A stretch of DNA of 34,165 nt, taken from contig JBIOIY010000035.1 of assembly GCA_044450345.1 (NCBI GenBank), positions 1 through 34,165 on the forward strand. The letters are read 5' to 3'. Source of the stretch: Thermodesulfovibrionales bacterium (lineage in GTDB: Bacteria; Nitrospirota; Thermodesulfovibrionia; Thermodesulfovibrionales; UBA6898). The position numbers and the translations under genes are program-made. Positions 1 through 8,945 of the stretch are shown one piece after another. Positions within the stretch are counted from its first letter, which is position 1. Every line of letters begins with the position of its first letter. The notes beneath the pieces were generated by a model, which did no database searches, had not been told where the DNA came from, and saw nothing but the letters and a program-made list of their open reading frames with translations.

Positions 1-141
1 AATTTAAACGCGTGAACGGCTACAAGGAAATCCCAAAACTCATTGCTGCCTTGCAGCGAAAATCCATTGACAGAAAGGAGGCCGCAGCTTAGGATATGAA
101 CCGGGGTCCTTTCTACTTCAACGAAAGGACGGGACAACTTC
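1..141 (+). mobile_element. Right end of an IS256-family insertion sequence
   Basis: The transposase tail is followed by TTCAACGAAAGGACGGGACAACTTC (117-141), which resembles IS256-family termini. Base composition turns AT-rich right after it. The left end is outside the window. Confidence 0.6.
3..92 (+). CDS. C-terminal end of an IS256-family transposase (runs off the left edge)
   Basis: Manual translation from position 3 gives FKRVNGYKEIPKLIAALQRKSIDRKEAAA*, which resembles the FRRVxGYxxLPxLxxAL C-terminus of IS256-type transposases. Not in the ORF track. Confidence 0.7.
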   Translation, partial: FKRVNGYKEIPKLIAALQRKSIDRKEAAA

Positions 142-162
142 TTGTCTGGTTGACAATATGCT

Positions 163-549
163 CTATTTGATTTTAAAGATTTTAATCCCTGCTCTCAGAT
201 AATCAGGTAAAGGTTTCTTTTCCACCACAGAATATACTAGTCCCTTCTTACGTCCTTTGAAGTAAATGTACATTTCCTCAAAATTATGCTTTTCACCATA
301 AGTCAGATAGTCTCTCCCTCCATACATCACTGTTGCAACATATATCATTTCATCTTCATTAAGAGTTGACAAATACTTTACCAATTTGTTTTTTTTGGGT
401 CTTGGTTCTTTCATAAATTCCGTGATATTTTCATCCAAAAAATTTGTGGCAAAGCCTATCTCATGTTTTTCTTCTAATCGCTCTTCTTCAGTATTTCTTT
501 CCTCTGCCAATTTGATAATTTTTTCCAAACTTTCCAACGGCTTTTTCAC
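163..549 (-). CDS. DUF3775-like hypothetical protein
   Basis: 128 aa, GTG start after GAGGAGG. Motifs YLSTLNEDEM...VMYGGRD and C-terminal LPDYLRAG resemble DUF3775. AT-rich. Confidence 0.6.
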   Translation of the reverse strand: MKKPLESLEKIIKLAEERNTEEERLEEKHEIGFATNFLDENITEFMKEPRPKKNKLVKYLSTLNEDEMIYVATVMYGGRDYLTYGEKHNFEEMYIYFKGRKKGLVYSVVEKKPLPDYLRAGIKIFKIK

Positions 550-701
550 TTATTTTTGCCCTCCTCAGATTCTTTATCTTTTTTTTTCTATTGATGCTTA
601 TTCAGCATATGACAGGTCTGTATCAAAAATCAATGGTGGGTATGCCTTTTGTCTCTTATAAGTATTATAATGCCACAAAGGGCAGAATGACGATATCTAT
701 A

Positions 702-962
702 CTATTTACCTATGTTCAATTTTACGTATGGATAACTTTGGAAATCGGGGGCAGGGTCATAGGAGAACAGGAAATAGACTACCCCTATCTTCTTCGGGGT
801 TTCAAAAATATGTGTTTCTAAAATCTTTGAGTATTCGTTGTATGAAATTGTGACTTCATCCGTGAAGATTACCAATACGATAACTTTGTATGGTTCTCCT
901 TTGAACTCTTTAACATCCTTCTCATCTATAATCTTCTGAATTGCCTTAATGACTTCTTCAGG
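702..962 (-). pseudogene. 5'-truncated gene remnant, unknown product
   Basis: Manual translation: PEEVIKAIQKIIDEKDVKEFKGEPYKVIVLVIFTDEVTISYNEYSKILETHIFETPKKIGVVYFLFSYDPAPDFQSYPYVKLNIGK*. The frame is open back to about 998 but has no plausible start, and GC content changes near 960. Confidence 0.55.
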
Positions 963-1150
963 TAGCCGATCTCGGGAGAGAGCGAAGATACTGAGGTTTT
1001 ATAAGAGGTATGGAGAACATAGTGCATCACTTGGGCCTCGAAGACGAGCGCAACGGTCTCGCGGCCAAGGAAGTACCCGTGTTGGAGAAGAGGCTCTTAG
1101 AGGGGCCGGAAGTGTAAAAATTTACGGCATTAGCTGTCGAAACGGTGTCC

Positions 1151-1789
1151 CTATTCTTCGATCTCGGCGATGAAGTCGTAGATGTTATTGAAGAAGTTGA
1201 ACTCCGAACTGTCGCCGACCTTATCTATATGAGCCCCGATGAGGTATCCATCACCTCTTAGGCTGCAGTATTTTATCCTTATCCTGAAATGGACTTCTTT
1301 CTTTATGGTGCCTGTTGTCGTTAGAGTGCACTCCGCTACCGCGTCAGGCTTAAGGGGCTCAGGACTTTGAAACTGCGCTCCTCTCTGGCAGAAGTCTATT
1401 ATGCTGACCGGAACACTTCGGCCCGGAAGGTTTACTTTCATCGAGATATATTTCTCGTATATTTTCGGCAGCGGATACCTGGCCACCTTCCGCCCGTGAG
1501 AAATACCGACATCCCATTGGAGCTCATTCAGGTGTTTGAGGTTCCGGGTCATCTGAAGGTATTTCACCCAGTTGGAAAGCTCGTTTGAGATTGTCATTGC
1601 ATTGTGGATGTTCTGGGCGGCCTCATCCGGGCTTTCCCTGAGAGCCCTGCCCAGAAGTAGCGAGATGCCGGAGGTCTTGTTAATCACCATGTCCGCGATG
1701 CAATCCAGATGCCTGGCGTTGTCTATGATGCAGCTCTCGGAGACCCCGCCGCAAATAACCTTGCATCTATCAACAATCTTATCTCCCAT
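1151..1789 (-). CDS. PilZ domain-containing protein (helical N-terminus, C-terminal PilZ)
   Basis: RxxxR (RKVAR) followed by DFCQRG, a variant of D/NxSxxG, and a beta-rich C-terminus ending YLIGAHI. Confidence 0.7.
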   Translation of the reverse strand: MGDKIVDRCKVICGGVSESCIIDNARHLDCIADMVINKTSGISLLLGRALRESPDEAAQNIHNAMTISNELSNWVKYLQMTRNLKHLNELQWDVGISHGRKVARYPLPKIYEKYISMKVNLPGRSVPVSIIDFCQRGAQFQSPEPLKPDAVAECTLTTTGTIKKEVHFRIRIKYCSLRGDGYLIGAHIDKVGDSSEFNFFNNIYDFIAEIEE

Positions 1790-1929
1790 AATGACTCTCA
1801 GCCGATGACTGGCGACCGATAATTAATTCTACGCTATTTTTGCCATATTGTTAACACGGCGAGTTTGCTTCCCTCCCATTCTCCGCCCCAGAGGGTGGTC
1901 GCTCCATCAGCCTACCACTCCAAAAGGAA

Positions 1930-1979
1930 AAAGCGGACGGTTCTAATCTCTGCTGCACTAAAATAGAACCGTTCCCTTT
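1930..1979. repeat. REP-like imperfect inverted repeat
   Basis: AAAGCGGACGGTTCTA (1930-1945) and TAGAACCGTTCCCTTT (1964-1979) are complementary at 14 of 16 positions, with an 18-nt spacer. Confidence 0.55.
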
Positions 1980-2347
1980 ATTCCCTCCTCTCATGGCGAT
2001 TATCAGTCGACTATACACCATTGGGACTGAGCTTTTAATTGCGTAGTGCCGGAAGGACTAAATAGTTTTCACTGTAGTAAAATTGTAGCAGAACATATCG
2101 CAAAGGCAGAAACTCACAGAAAATACCGAACGAGACAGAAAGAACCCATGTAGCGCCGTTGCGCGCGCAGGACACTGAGCAATCTTTCCCATCCCGGTTC
2201 AGGCAGGATCTTCATGGCCGCTTATGTCAGAACAGCCCGGCTTCCGCAAGCCTTGAGAGAGACATCCTTGGTCTGTTTCCCGCGTAACTGCAGGATCCTG
2301 AGGCTGGCATTTGACATCCTGCTGCGCCGGGAATAAGGTATAAATAT

Positions 2348-2770
2348 ATGGGTGATTTTTTGGGAATTATAGAGATGCGACTTTATGTATTGCGTGTGAT
2401 GTCGTGTCTTATCTTTTTCTTTTTTGCCTCGGGCTTTCATGCCGAGGCCGTATGTATGAGCTGTATCTCGCAGACCGGCAGCAGTTATACGGAGCTGGCC
2501 TGCGAAGGCGATTCGAAATTCGATGTCATCCGCAAGTGCGGAAAACCGGATTATGAAGAGGAAAGCGGGAGTGTCTCCTCCGGCGCCTTTGGGTCAACCC
2601 GAGAAAAGGGGATGAAGCAGGGCGGGTTCAGTTCCTCCACGGAAAAGATAGAGAAGGTTTATTTCAACTGTGGCCGCGGCCGGTTCGTAAAGGTCCTCAC
2701 TTTTAGAGGAGGGACCCTGGTAAAGATTGAAGAGGGGGACAGGGGTTCGGGCGAGCAGAAGTGCTGGTGA
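2348..2770 (+). CDS. DUF2845-like secreted protein (true start may be a downstream ATG)
   Basis: Signal peptide ending FHAEA; motifs GDSKFDVIRKCGKP and EKVYFNCGRGRFVKVLTFRGGTLVKI. TTGACA-17-TAAGGT lies upstream at 2311-2339. Confidence 0.7.
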   Translation: MGDFLGIIEMRLYVLRVMSCLIFFFFASGFHAEAVCMSCISQTGSSYTELACEGDSKFDVIRKCGKPDYEEESGSVSSGAFGSTREKGMKQGGFSSSTEKIEKVYFNCGRGRFVKVLTFRGGTLVKIEEGDRGSGEQKCW

Positions 2771-2789
2771 CCCTCTTTCTTATGTCCCC

Positions 2790-3845
2790 TTACATATTGC
2801 CCCCGTGATTATGGTACGGCATGGAATGCCCTTTACCTCCTGGATACCCGAGATGGGAGGCATGGCGGGCAGGTATCTCGTGCCGGAGCAAGGCGGCGCA
2901 TAAGAGTACGCCGATTATCAGGATCGCCTCGACTTTAACGCTGCGCATAAACCGCGAGGCAATCCGGTCCCCGTTTCCACCCATTTGAAGGCCTGGAAAG
3001 AACTGAAGCGCGATACGAGTGAAAATTCCCCGGCCTTCTGCTGAGGCACCTGCCCACTCCTGCAGGAGCGGGACACTGACATATCTGTTGAAGCCGCCGA
3101 GATTTATGAGGACAAGAAAGAGAAAGATTTTCGCTATGATCGTCCAGCCGTAAGGCCCCCCTAATAAAGCGTTCACGCTCCCCACATATTTCCATGCGTT
3201 ATATAGTGCGGTAATCGCAACTATGCCGACTGCAAAGCCCGCCATCGACGAGAATCTGCTTGCAACCCTCGCGATGAGGGCCGGGGTAGGCTCCTTCCGC
3301 CCTGTGAGATCGGGAAGAACAGAGACGGTCAGCACCATGAGACCCCCTCCCCAGATCGAAGCCGCGAGGAGATGCAGCCAGTCCATTATCTCCGGCAGGC
3401 TTAAATCGCCTGCATCCGAGGCGTGGCCCGAGGCGCTTGCCGTCATAGCGACTATCACTCCGAGGAGGAGCATGAAAAACAGGAACGTCCGTGTATCACG
3501 ATATCGCACAGCCGTCTTCGAAAGCGCCAACAGGAAGAGGGCCCCAATGCGGATGATCCAGACGACTCCATAGTGGGTCCGGAAGAGGACGGTCGGGACC
3601 ACCGAAAAAAAAGCAGGAAAGGGTTGGCCGCTCATCTCAGCCGTCCTCGACAACAGCTCGACCGTGCTTCCTGCGATCAGGAAGGCCAGCCCGAAACAGA
3701 ACAACGTCCACATCCTCGAGACGAAATTCTCCTGATATGAAAATTCGCCTTGAGTCGAAGGCGTAAAAAACCAGAGGCGGCAGACGATTACCCCGATACA
3801 AAAGGAAAGGGATATGAGTTCTAACCATTCAGGAATGACATGCAT
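2790..3845 (-). CDS. copD: CopD-family copper uptake/resistance inner-membrane protein
   Basis: Multiple TM segments, ASGHA, WLHLLAASIWGGGL, SRFS, YGW...K...LGGFNR. His-rich tail. Lies directly downstream of copC. Confidence 0.88.
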   Translation of the reverse strand: MHVIPEWLELISLSFCIGVIVCRLWFFTPSTQGEFSYQENFVSRMWTLFCFGLAFLIAGSTVELLSRTAEMSGQPFPAFFSVVPTVLFRTHYGVVWIIRIGALFLLALSKTAVRYRDTRTFLFFMLLLGVIVAMTASASGHASDAGDLSLPEIMDWLHLLAASIWGGGLMVLTVSVLPDLTGRKEPTPALIARVASRFSSMAGFAVGIVAITALYNAWKYVGSVNALLGGPYGWTIIAKIFLFLVLINLGGFNRYVSVPLLQEWAGASAEGRGIFTRIALQFFPGLQMGGNGDRIASRFMRSVKVEAILIIGVLLCAALLRHEIPARHASHLGYPGGKGHSMPYHNHGGNM

Positions 3846-3875
3846 TGATTGCTCACCTCCAGCTAAATTACCTTC

Positions 3876-4253
3876 TTATTTTATGGTGAATGAGAACTGT
3901 CCGTTCGTCCTGTGTCCGTCTCTTGCCACAACGTTCCAGATCACAAGATACATACCCGGCGGCAAAGGGGGCAGGCTGACCTGAAGTAACTTCGGGTCAG
4001 CCGGAGCAACGCGGGCGTCCCTCCTGTCGATCATATTGCCGTCGGCATTATGCACCATAAGGGTCGAAAAGGCCGGCTCCAGATCGCTGTCGAACCAGAT
4101 GCGGACCTGAGCAGGCGGGCCCGAAACAGTCGAGCCCACCTTTGGGTCCGAATGATCGGGGAAGGCATGACCCCACGATGCCTTCGGCAAGAAGAACAGT
4201 AAAGCCACGGAAAGAACCGCGACTACAGTCAACAGAGTAAATGGACGCATCAC
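3876..4253 (-). CDS. copC: CopC periplasmic copper-binding protein
   Basis: Signal peptide, mature N-terminal His (HAFPDHSDP), and C-terminal YLVIWNVVARDGH...G.FSF motif. Confidence 0.92.
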   Translation of the reverse strand: MMRPFTLLTVVAVLSVALLFFLPKASWGHAFPDHSDPKVGSTVSGPPAQVRIWFDSDLEPAFSTLMVHNADGNMIDRRDARVAPADPKLLQVSLPPLPPGMYLVIWNVVARDGHRTNGQFSFTIK

Positions 4254-4258
4254 CCTTT

Positions 4259-5209
4259 CTAGCGGAATATCGGGCCGCCTATGCCCTTTGGGAAAAGATC
4301 ATCGACATATAAATGGATCAGCCCTAGCACCCCGACGCTGCTCCCCGATCGTGAGTTTATCGGGATCTGCGCGGCGACGCCGAACTCCATGAACTTGCCC
4401 GCCCATACTACCCCTGGGTTCACTGTTCCTGTAATTTGTCCCTTGCAATCTGCATTCATACAGGTCGACATCGGGAACTCGGTCACCAATATCATGCGTT
4501 TAAAGGGATCTCCGAGCCCTATGTCCTTCACAAAGGATTGAAGGTACATGAGACTGTACTGTAAGGAGAAGGCCCAGTTCAGATTCGTGGGGTTTCGCGC
4601 CACGATTGTTTCTCCGGTGTCGGGATCGACAGAAACATTGCCGGATCTCATAGGGAAACTGGAACCGATGACCCCGGTAATCGCAAACGGCCTGAGGAAT
4701 CCCATCGACGACGGCAGATCGCCGAACCCTTTCCCGAAAAAAAGTCCCGGGGAAATCGTCGTAAAAGAATCGGATATCTGGTGTGCCCCGGTCCCGCCTA
4801 TGTCGAAGTCCGTGCCGATTGAAAGGATCAGCTCATGGGGCGCATTCGTAAGAAATTGCCATTTTGCCCCCACACCAAGATTGCCCCAGCCATTTGCCGA
4901 ACTCCCGTCGCTTGCCCGCTGGTGCAGATAGGCCTCATGGAATTCCAGACCGAAGTTAGGTACGATGCGTTTTGAATAAGCGATATCGATTTCCGTATTC
5001 ATAGCATCGGGTCCCTTGACGCGGTTTATCAGTATAGAGAACTCATCCGAAATAAACGGATCGTCTACCTGAAACGTAGTCGGAAAAAACCTCTGGCCCG
5101 CGAACCCATGGGCCCACGACGATGCGGGCATCATGAGGATAAGCAGCAACGCAAGACCTAATGATCGTTGCAGCCAGAACGCTGTAGAATATTTCGCTAT
5201 GTTTCTCAT
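4259..5209 (-). CDS. Exported, probable outer-membrane beta-barrel protein with mature N-terminal His
   Basis: Signal peptide ending SSWA/HGFAG, amphipathic beta-strand pattern (GWGNLGVGAKWQF). Ends 5 bp before copC. Confidence 0.6.
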   Translation of the reverse strand: MRNIAKYSTAFWLQRSLGLALLLILMMPASSWAHGFAGQRFFPTTFQVDDPFISDEFSILINRVKGPDAMNTEIDIAYSKRIVPNFGLEFHEAYLHQRASDGSSANGWGNLGVGAKWQFLTNAPHELILSIGTDFDIGGTGAHQISDSFTTISPGLFFGKGFGDLPSSMGFLRPFAITGVIGSSFPMRSGNVSVDPDTGETIVARNPTNLNWAFSLQYSLMYLQSFVKDIGLGDPFKRMILVTEFPMSTCMNADCKGQITGTVNPGVVWAGKFMEFGVAAQIPINSRSGSSVGVLGLIHLYVDDLFPKGIGGPIFR

Positions 5210-5281
5210 TTATTTCTCCTTTAAAGGTGTTATTTTACAGTGTATCATCTAAATGGTATAAGGTCTATGGCGAATCAGCGC

Positions 5282-6811
5282 CTAAAACATTAACTGAACG
5301 CCGGCATTGAGCACCCATGTGGTTTTCATTTGCAACCCGTTAAGGTATTGATAAAGGGGCACGCCGCCTTCAACCCCGAAGCTGAGGGAGCCCTTCTGAT
5401 AGCTCACACCGATAAGGCCATCCAGCCGCTGTCCGCCGTAGTTGTTTGGATCTGCATCAGGCGTCGGCGCACCCATCATGGGATCGAGCAGCTTCTGTAT
5501 CTCGGGGTCCTGGCCCTTAATCCTGCCCGTGTCGTTGAAGGCCAGACGCACCCACGAGGTGACCGGGCCGACGGCACGCTGGAGCCAACCGGTTATCTTC
5601 AGATTGTCGCCGAGGCTGTAATCGTTTTTGTTCTTATCTATATGATAGGTGTACATGGCCTGGCCGCCCCAGTTCCATTTCGCATCATCGCTGAGGGCGC
5701 TGTAAGTAAGCGCAGGCTTCAGATCGTAGGTGCCTGAACCGAGCTGCATGTCATAGGGGGCGCGAAACGTCATCTGCATCGTCTCGAATTCCTTATCGAT
5801 GCTGCCGGTCGGGAGACTGAGACCGAGGCTGCCGACCAGGTATTTGTTGATCTTGTATATCCCTCTTAGCTCGGTGTCTGCGAAGCCGCTCGTGCGCATA
5901 GGGGACATAGGCCCGCTGCCCATCATCGGGCCCATGTCCATCAGCATGCCCATCGAGTTGACCTGATAATTAGCCATCGCCATCACAGTCAGCCGGTCGG
6001 TGATCCCGTACATCAACATAAACATATGCATATCCATGGTCATGCCGGTGGGGATCATCATGTAATTATACGGCTTGTCCCTTTTGTATCCTACGCTGTC
6101 CATGCCGACGTCCGATGTGCCGGAACGCAGGCCGCTCATGTTCATGTGCATGAATTTGTAATTGACCATCCACATGCCAGCTGGATGAGTATGATATATA
6201 TCGTCGCCAAAAGCGGGATTGAACAGCATTTGGGCGCCGGGCCCCTTGTGCTGGCTCATATCGTGGCCTGCATGTGCGTGATGTTCGCCGGTCGTCCCAT
6301 TACCCTCTCCAATTTCCTCTTCTGCCGCCTTCATCGCCTGGTCGAAGGAGGATACTTTGCCTCCAGTTTCCTTTGCGAATTTCTGCGCGTCTTCCTCCTT
6401 GACGAATGCCCATTTTGGTACAGAAGTCATGACACCTTCTTTAACGCCGCCGACTACCCATCTCGCGGTTTTGGCATCTGTCAATTCTTTGGAACTGTAG
6501 TCCGCAACCATAAGCGACCTGACCTGCCTGTCCTTGTTCTGCTTCATTTCTGCAGCTGCACAGTGGAGACTGCAGACCGCAACGGTGGTCCCGTCTGCAT
6601 AGCCAATGACCATCCGGCTTTTCGCATAAACGTCCAGATCCATCCCGCATTGCTTGCAGTGTTTGGGATTTTCCATTGTATCGGCTGCTCCTGCAACAGT
6701 GAAACTCAACAGCAGGCAAAGCACCATATATATCACGAATCTTTTCACAGGCGACCTTTTATCAAGGGCATAGACAAAAGATGATGCAGTGAGTGCTTTT
6801 GGCTTAGTCAT
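5282..6811 (-). CDS. Fusion of a NosL-like Cu-chaperone domain, a His-rich linker and a Met-rich outer-membrane transporter barrel
   Basis: CKQCGMD...CSLHC...WVVGG...GVMT...AF is NosL-like. Linker EHHAHAGHDMSQH. Barrel region HTHPAGMWMVNYKFMHMNM, LGLSLPTG, MQLGSGTYD, terminal Phe. AAGGAG RBS. Confidence 0.75.
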   Translation of the reverse strand: MTKPKALTASSFVYALDKRSPVKRFVIYMVLCLLLSFTVAGAADTMENPKHCKQCGMDLDVYAKSRMVIGYADGTTVAVCSLHCAAAEMKQNKDRQVRSLMVADYSSKELTDAKTARWVVGGVKEGVMTSVPKWAFVKEEDAQKFAKETGGKVSSFDQAMKAAEEEIGEGNGTTGEHHAHAGHDMSQHKGPGAQMLFNPAFGDDIYHTHPAGMWMVNYKFMHMNMSGLRSGTSDVGMDSVGYKRDKPYNYMMIPTGMTMDMHMFMLMYGITDRLTVMAMANYQVNSMGMLMDMGPMMGSGPMSPMRTSGFADTELRGIYKINKYLVGSLGLSLPTGSIDKEFETMQMTFRAPYDMQLGSGTYDLKPALTYSALSDDAKWNWGGQAMYTYHIDKNKNDYSLGDNLKITGWLQRAVGPVTSWVRLAFNDTGRIKGQDPEIQKLLDPMMGAPTPDADPNNYGGQRLDGLIGVSYQKGSLSFGVEGGVPLYQYLNGLQMKTTWVLNAGVQLMF

Positions 6812-6917
6812 ATAATAGGATCTCCTTTTCTTAGCAGACAGTAAAGAGCATTTTTGACGCTCCTCACTCCTCTATATTTGGGAAAAACTTCGAACTCGAA
6901 GACTTCGGAACTTCCGG

Positions 6918-7205
6918 TCAGGACTTGGGAGGGCGTTCTAATTGAACAAAATGCAGGGATGGAGTAAAAGACAGATTGTCGGGTTTAAGATATTCTGCAA
7001 ACTTTAGAGAACAGTCCGTGCAGGGAGATTCATGCAGGAAAGGAATCTCTGAATGGACTGATATGAAGGACCCCGAGGTATTGCAAACATCGAGCGACCC
7101 AATGCACTTCTCCTGATTGTGTGACGAGGTAGTAACCTGGGCGGTGATCGGCGAAAACATCGAAACAACCAGAGCCACGATTATCCATATGCTGCTTGAT
7201 CGCAT
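6918..7205 (-). CDS. Small DUF2946/CruR/CutF-like upstream ORF (signal-like N-terminus, CxxC, C-terminal RPP)
   Basis: 95 aa with a hydrophobic N-terminus, LDVC, CTDC and C-terminal ERPPKS. Ends 106 bp upstream of the Cu transporter gene. Confidence 0.65.
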   Translation of the reverse strand: MRSSSIWIIVALVVSMFSPITAQVTTSSHNQEKCIGSLDVCNTSGSFISVHSEIPFLHESPCTDCSLKFAEYLKPDNLSFTPSLHFVQLERPPKS

Positions 7206-7210
7206 GTTCT

Positions 7211-7238
7211 ATTATCCCTAAATATAAAACCATGTCAA
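7211..7238 (-). promoter_or_regulatory. Sigma70-type promoter of the small uORF (probably leaderless)
   Basis: Minus strand reads TTGACA-16 nt-GATAAT-agaac-ATG, with no Shine-Dalgarno sequence. Confidence 0.55.
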
Positions 7239-7277
7239 CGTCAAATTAGATTTATGAGGTGTCTCTGCAGTGATAAG

Positions 7278-8945
7278 TCAATGGACCACCCAGTCGCTTT
7301 TCTTTATAAGTTCGGGTTCGGGGCCTTTTGTGAGCTGGACGATATAGCAGCCTTTCGAGGCATACCGCTGTCCTGGGCCGAAGCTCAGACGTTCATACAA
7401 GGGCAGGGCCTTATCTTCCATCATACCGATGACATCGAGGAAATTGTCACGGTAATAATTTCCCCTCATATCCATGAGTGCCAGACTCAACACCGTGGTA
7501 AGGGAATACGTGCGTTTCAGTATCATCTCCGAATTGCCCTGACCCGTTCCCTTTCTCATGAAGGGCTCGACAGAGGCCCTTTGTATCTCACTCCCCTTAG
7601 AAAAACGGAAAGGATACGTGATATAGGTGAACCCGCGGACCTCTTCTTTTAATGTCCAAATATCCTTTCCAATATAACCCGAAGAAATGAAAACCATCTC
7701 GGGTCTATTCTTGCCGGAGGCGAAGGTCTCCAGCGGCGGTAGAACCTCGGGGCCGCCCCAGAGGATGAGGACGGCGGGCTTCTCCTCAGCCGACACCTTC
7801 TGCAGGATCTCTTTGGTTAATGCTTGTCCTTCCTTCAGCGTGATCGTCACCGGAGGCTGCTGTCCTAATTCCTGCCATGTCTTCTGAAAGCCGGCCGATA
7901 GGGACTTGCCTTCACGCGAATCGCGAACAATCTGGACGATCGCCCTGCCGTGTATCTGTTCACTCATACTATTGAGGTATCGGGCTGCGCCTTCCCCCTC
8001 CTGATAATATCCCTTCGAGAAGTATAAGGTGTACCAGTCGGTCTCGGAAACAACGGGAAAGTCAGTGAGCGGAAAAAGGTCCGGGATGCGATTTGCCTCG
8101 CAGAAATCGTGGATGGGCTTCCATTCACCGGTCGTAATTCCGCCCACCAGGGCAAATGCCGGTTCCTTGCGGTTGTATTCCTCCAGTTGGCTGCGCCATG
8201 TCTCAGGAGGACCCTTCAGTTCCCAGACAGACAGAAGCCGTTTCAGATTAAATAATGCTACTTTATAATCGTCAGCAGCTTCACCAATGGTAATATGCCA
8301 AATCTTTTTACTCCAGTTTTGCAAAGGAACGAGCATGGAATTGCGATCTTCAGGGCTGACGTCTTCGGAGACGACGGTTGCAAATCGGATAGCCGTATCT
8401 GAAACACCGGGCGAAAATTGTGATGAGAGTGATTTGAGATAAGAGATAAGAAGCGCCATGTCCTTATCCTCAAGCGGATAGCGAGGCATGACATCGCTCA
8501 TTACCCGCCCGGAGGGATCGACACCGGCCCGAAGAGCTTCAGCCAATGACTCATCGGTATACGCCGGCCTCTCCAGCCTAAACCCCTTGTAGAGGATTCT
8601 GAGCGGTCGATAGAGAATGCTCCCGTTCGTAGGGGGCGTGAGCACACGACCCTCAATCGAGCCGATCCCGCTCCTTTGGTGGCAGCTTAGACAGGTAAAG
8701 GCCGTTCCTGAAACAGGGATGTCTCCTTTTACAACAGCCTGCATAGGTTCTCCCGAAGGGAGGGTCCCCTCTCGATACATCTTTTCTCCCAGCCGCAAAG
8801 CTTCTTCGGTGGATACTCCGGCAATTGTGAGCGGCTGTGCGTCTTGGGCCTGGCCCGAATCGATCCAGAGAAAGGCCATGAGCAGGGAAATTATTATCAG
8901 AACCCCCAAAGCGGAATTGCTCTTATCTCTGCCAGATGTCTTCAT
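7278..8945 (-). CDS. Monoheme cytochrome c fused to a type I periplasmic solute-binding-like domain
   Basis: Start reassigned to ATG 8945 (ATGA overlap with the SCO stop). Signal/TM segment, CLSCH heme motif, MPRY candidate distal Met, then FALVGG...IHDFCE...IP.LFP typical of branched-chain-SBP-like folds. Confidence 0.75.
   Translation of the reverse strand: MKTSGRDKSNSALGVLIIISLLMAFLWIDSGQAQDAQPLTIAGVSTEEALRLGEKMYREGTLPSGEPMQAVVKGDIPVSGTAFTCLSCHQRSGIGSIEGRVLTPPTNGSILYRPLRILYKGFRLERPAYTDESLAEALRAGVDPSGRVMSDVMPRYPLEDKDMALLISYLKSLSSQFSPGVSDTAIRFATVVSEDVSPEDRNSMLVPLQNWSKKIWHITIGEAADDYKVALFNLKRLLSVWELKGPPETWRSQLEEYNRKEPAFALVGGITTGEWKPIHDFCEANRIPDLFPLTDFPVVSETDWYTLYFSKGYYQEGEGAARYLNSMSEQIHGRAIVQIVRDSREGKSLSAGFQKTWQELGQQPPVTITLKEGQALTKEILQKVSAEEKPAVLILWGGPEVLPPLETFASGKNRPEMVFISSGYIGKDIWTLKEEVRGFTYITYPFRFSKGSEIQRASVEPFMRKGTGQGNSEMILKRTYSLTTVLSLALMDMRGNYYRDNFLDVIGMMEDKALPLYERLSFGPGQRYASKGCYIVQLTKGPEPELIKKSDWVVH

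Noticed and set aside
949..1173. 74-aa plus-strand ORF as a real gene
   Set aside because: Arg/Ser-rich, unprotein-like composition, no RBS, and it overlaps both a remnant and the PilZ stop.
1990..2310. c-di-GMP or other riboswitch in the long intergenic region beside the PilZ gene
   Set aside because: A GCAAAG-like fragment is present, but I could not build the conserved two-stem structure; a covariance search would be needed.
6026..6784. Long antisense ORFs (for example 6026-6784, 28222-28938, 27272-27832, 32279-32857)
   Set aside because: They lie opposite well-supported genes, have no recognisable motifs, and are expected shadows in GC-rich coding DNA.
5282..6811. Evidence for a nitrous oxide reductase cluster
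   Set aside because: Only a NosL-like domain is present; there is no nosZ, nosD, nosF or nosY in the window.
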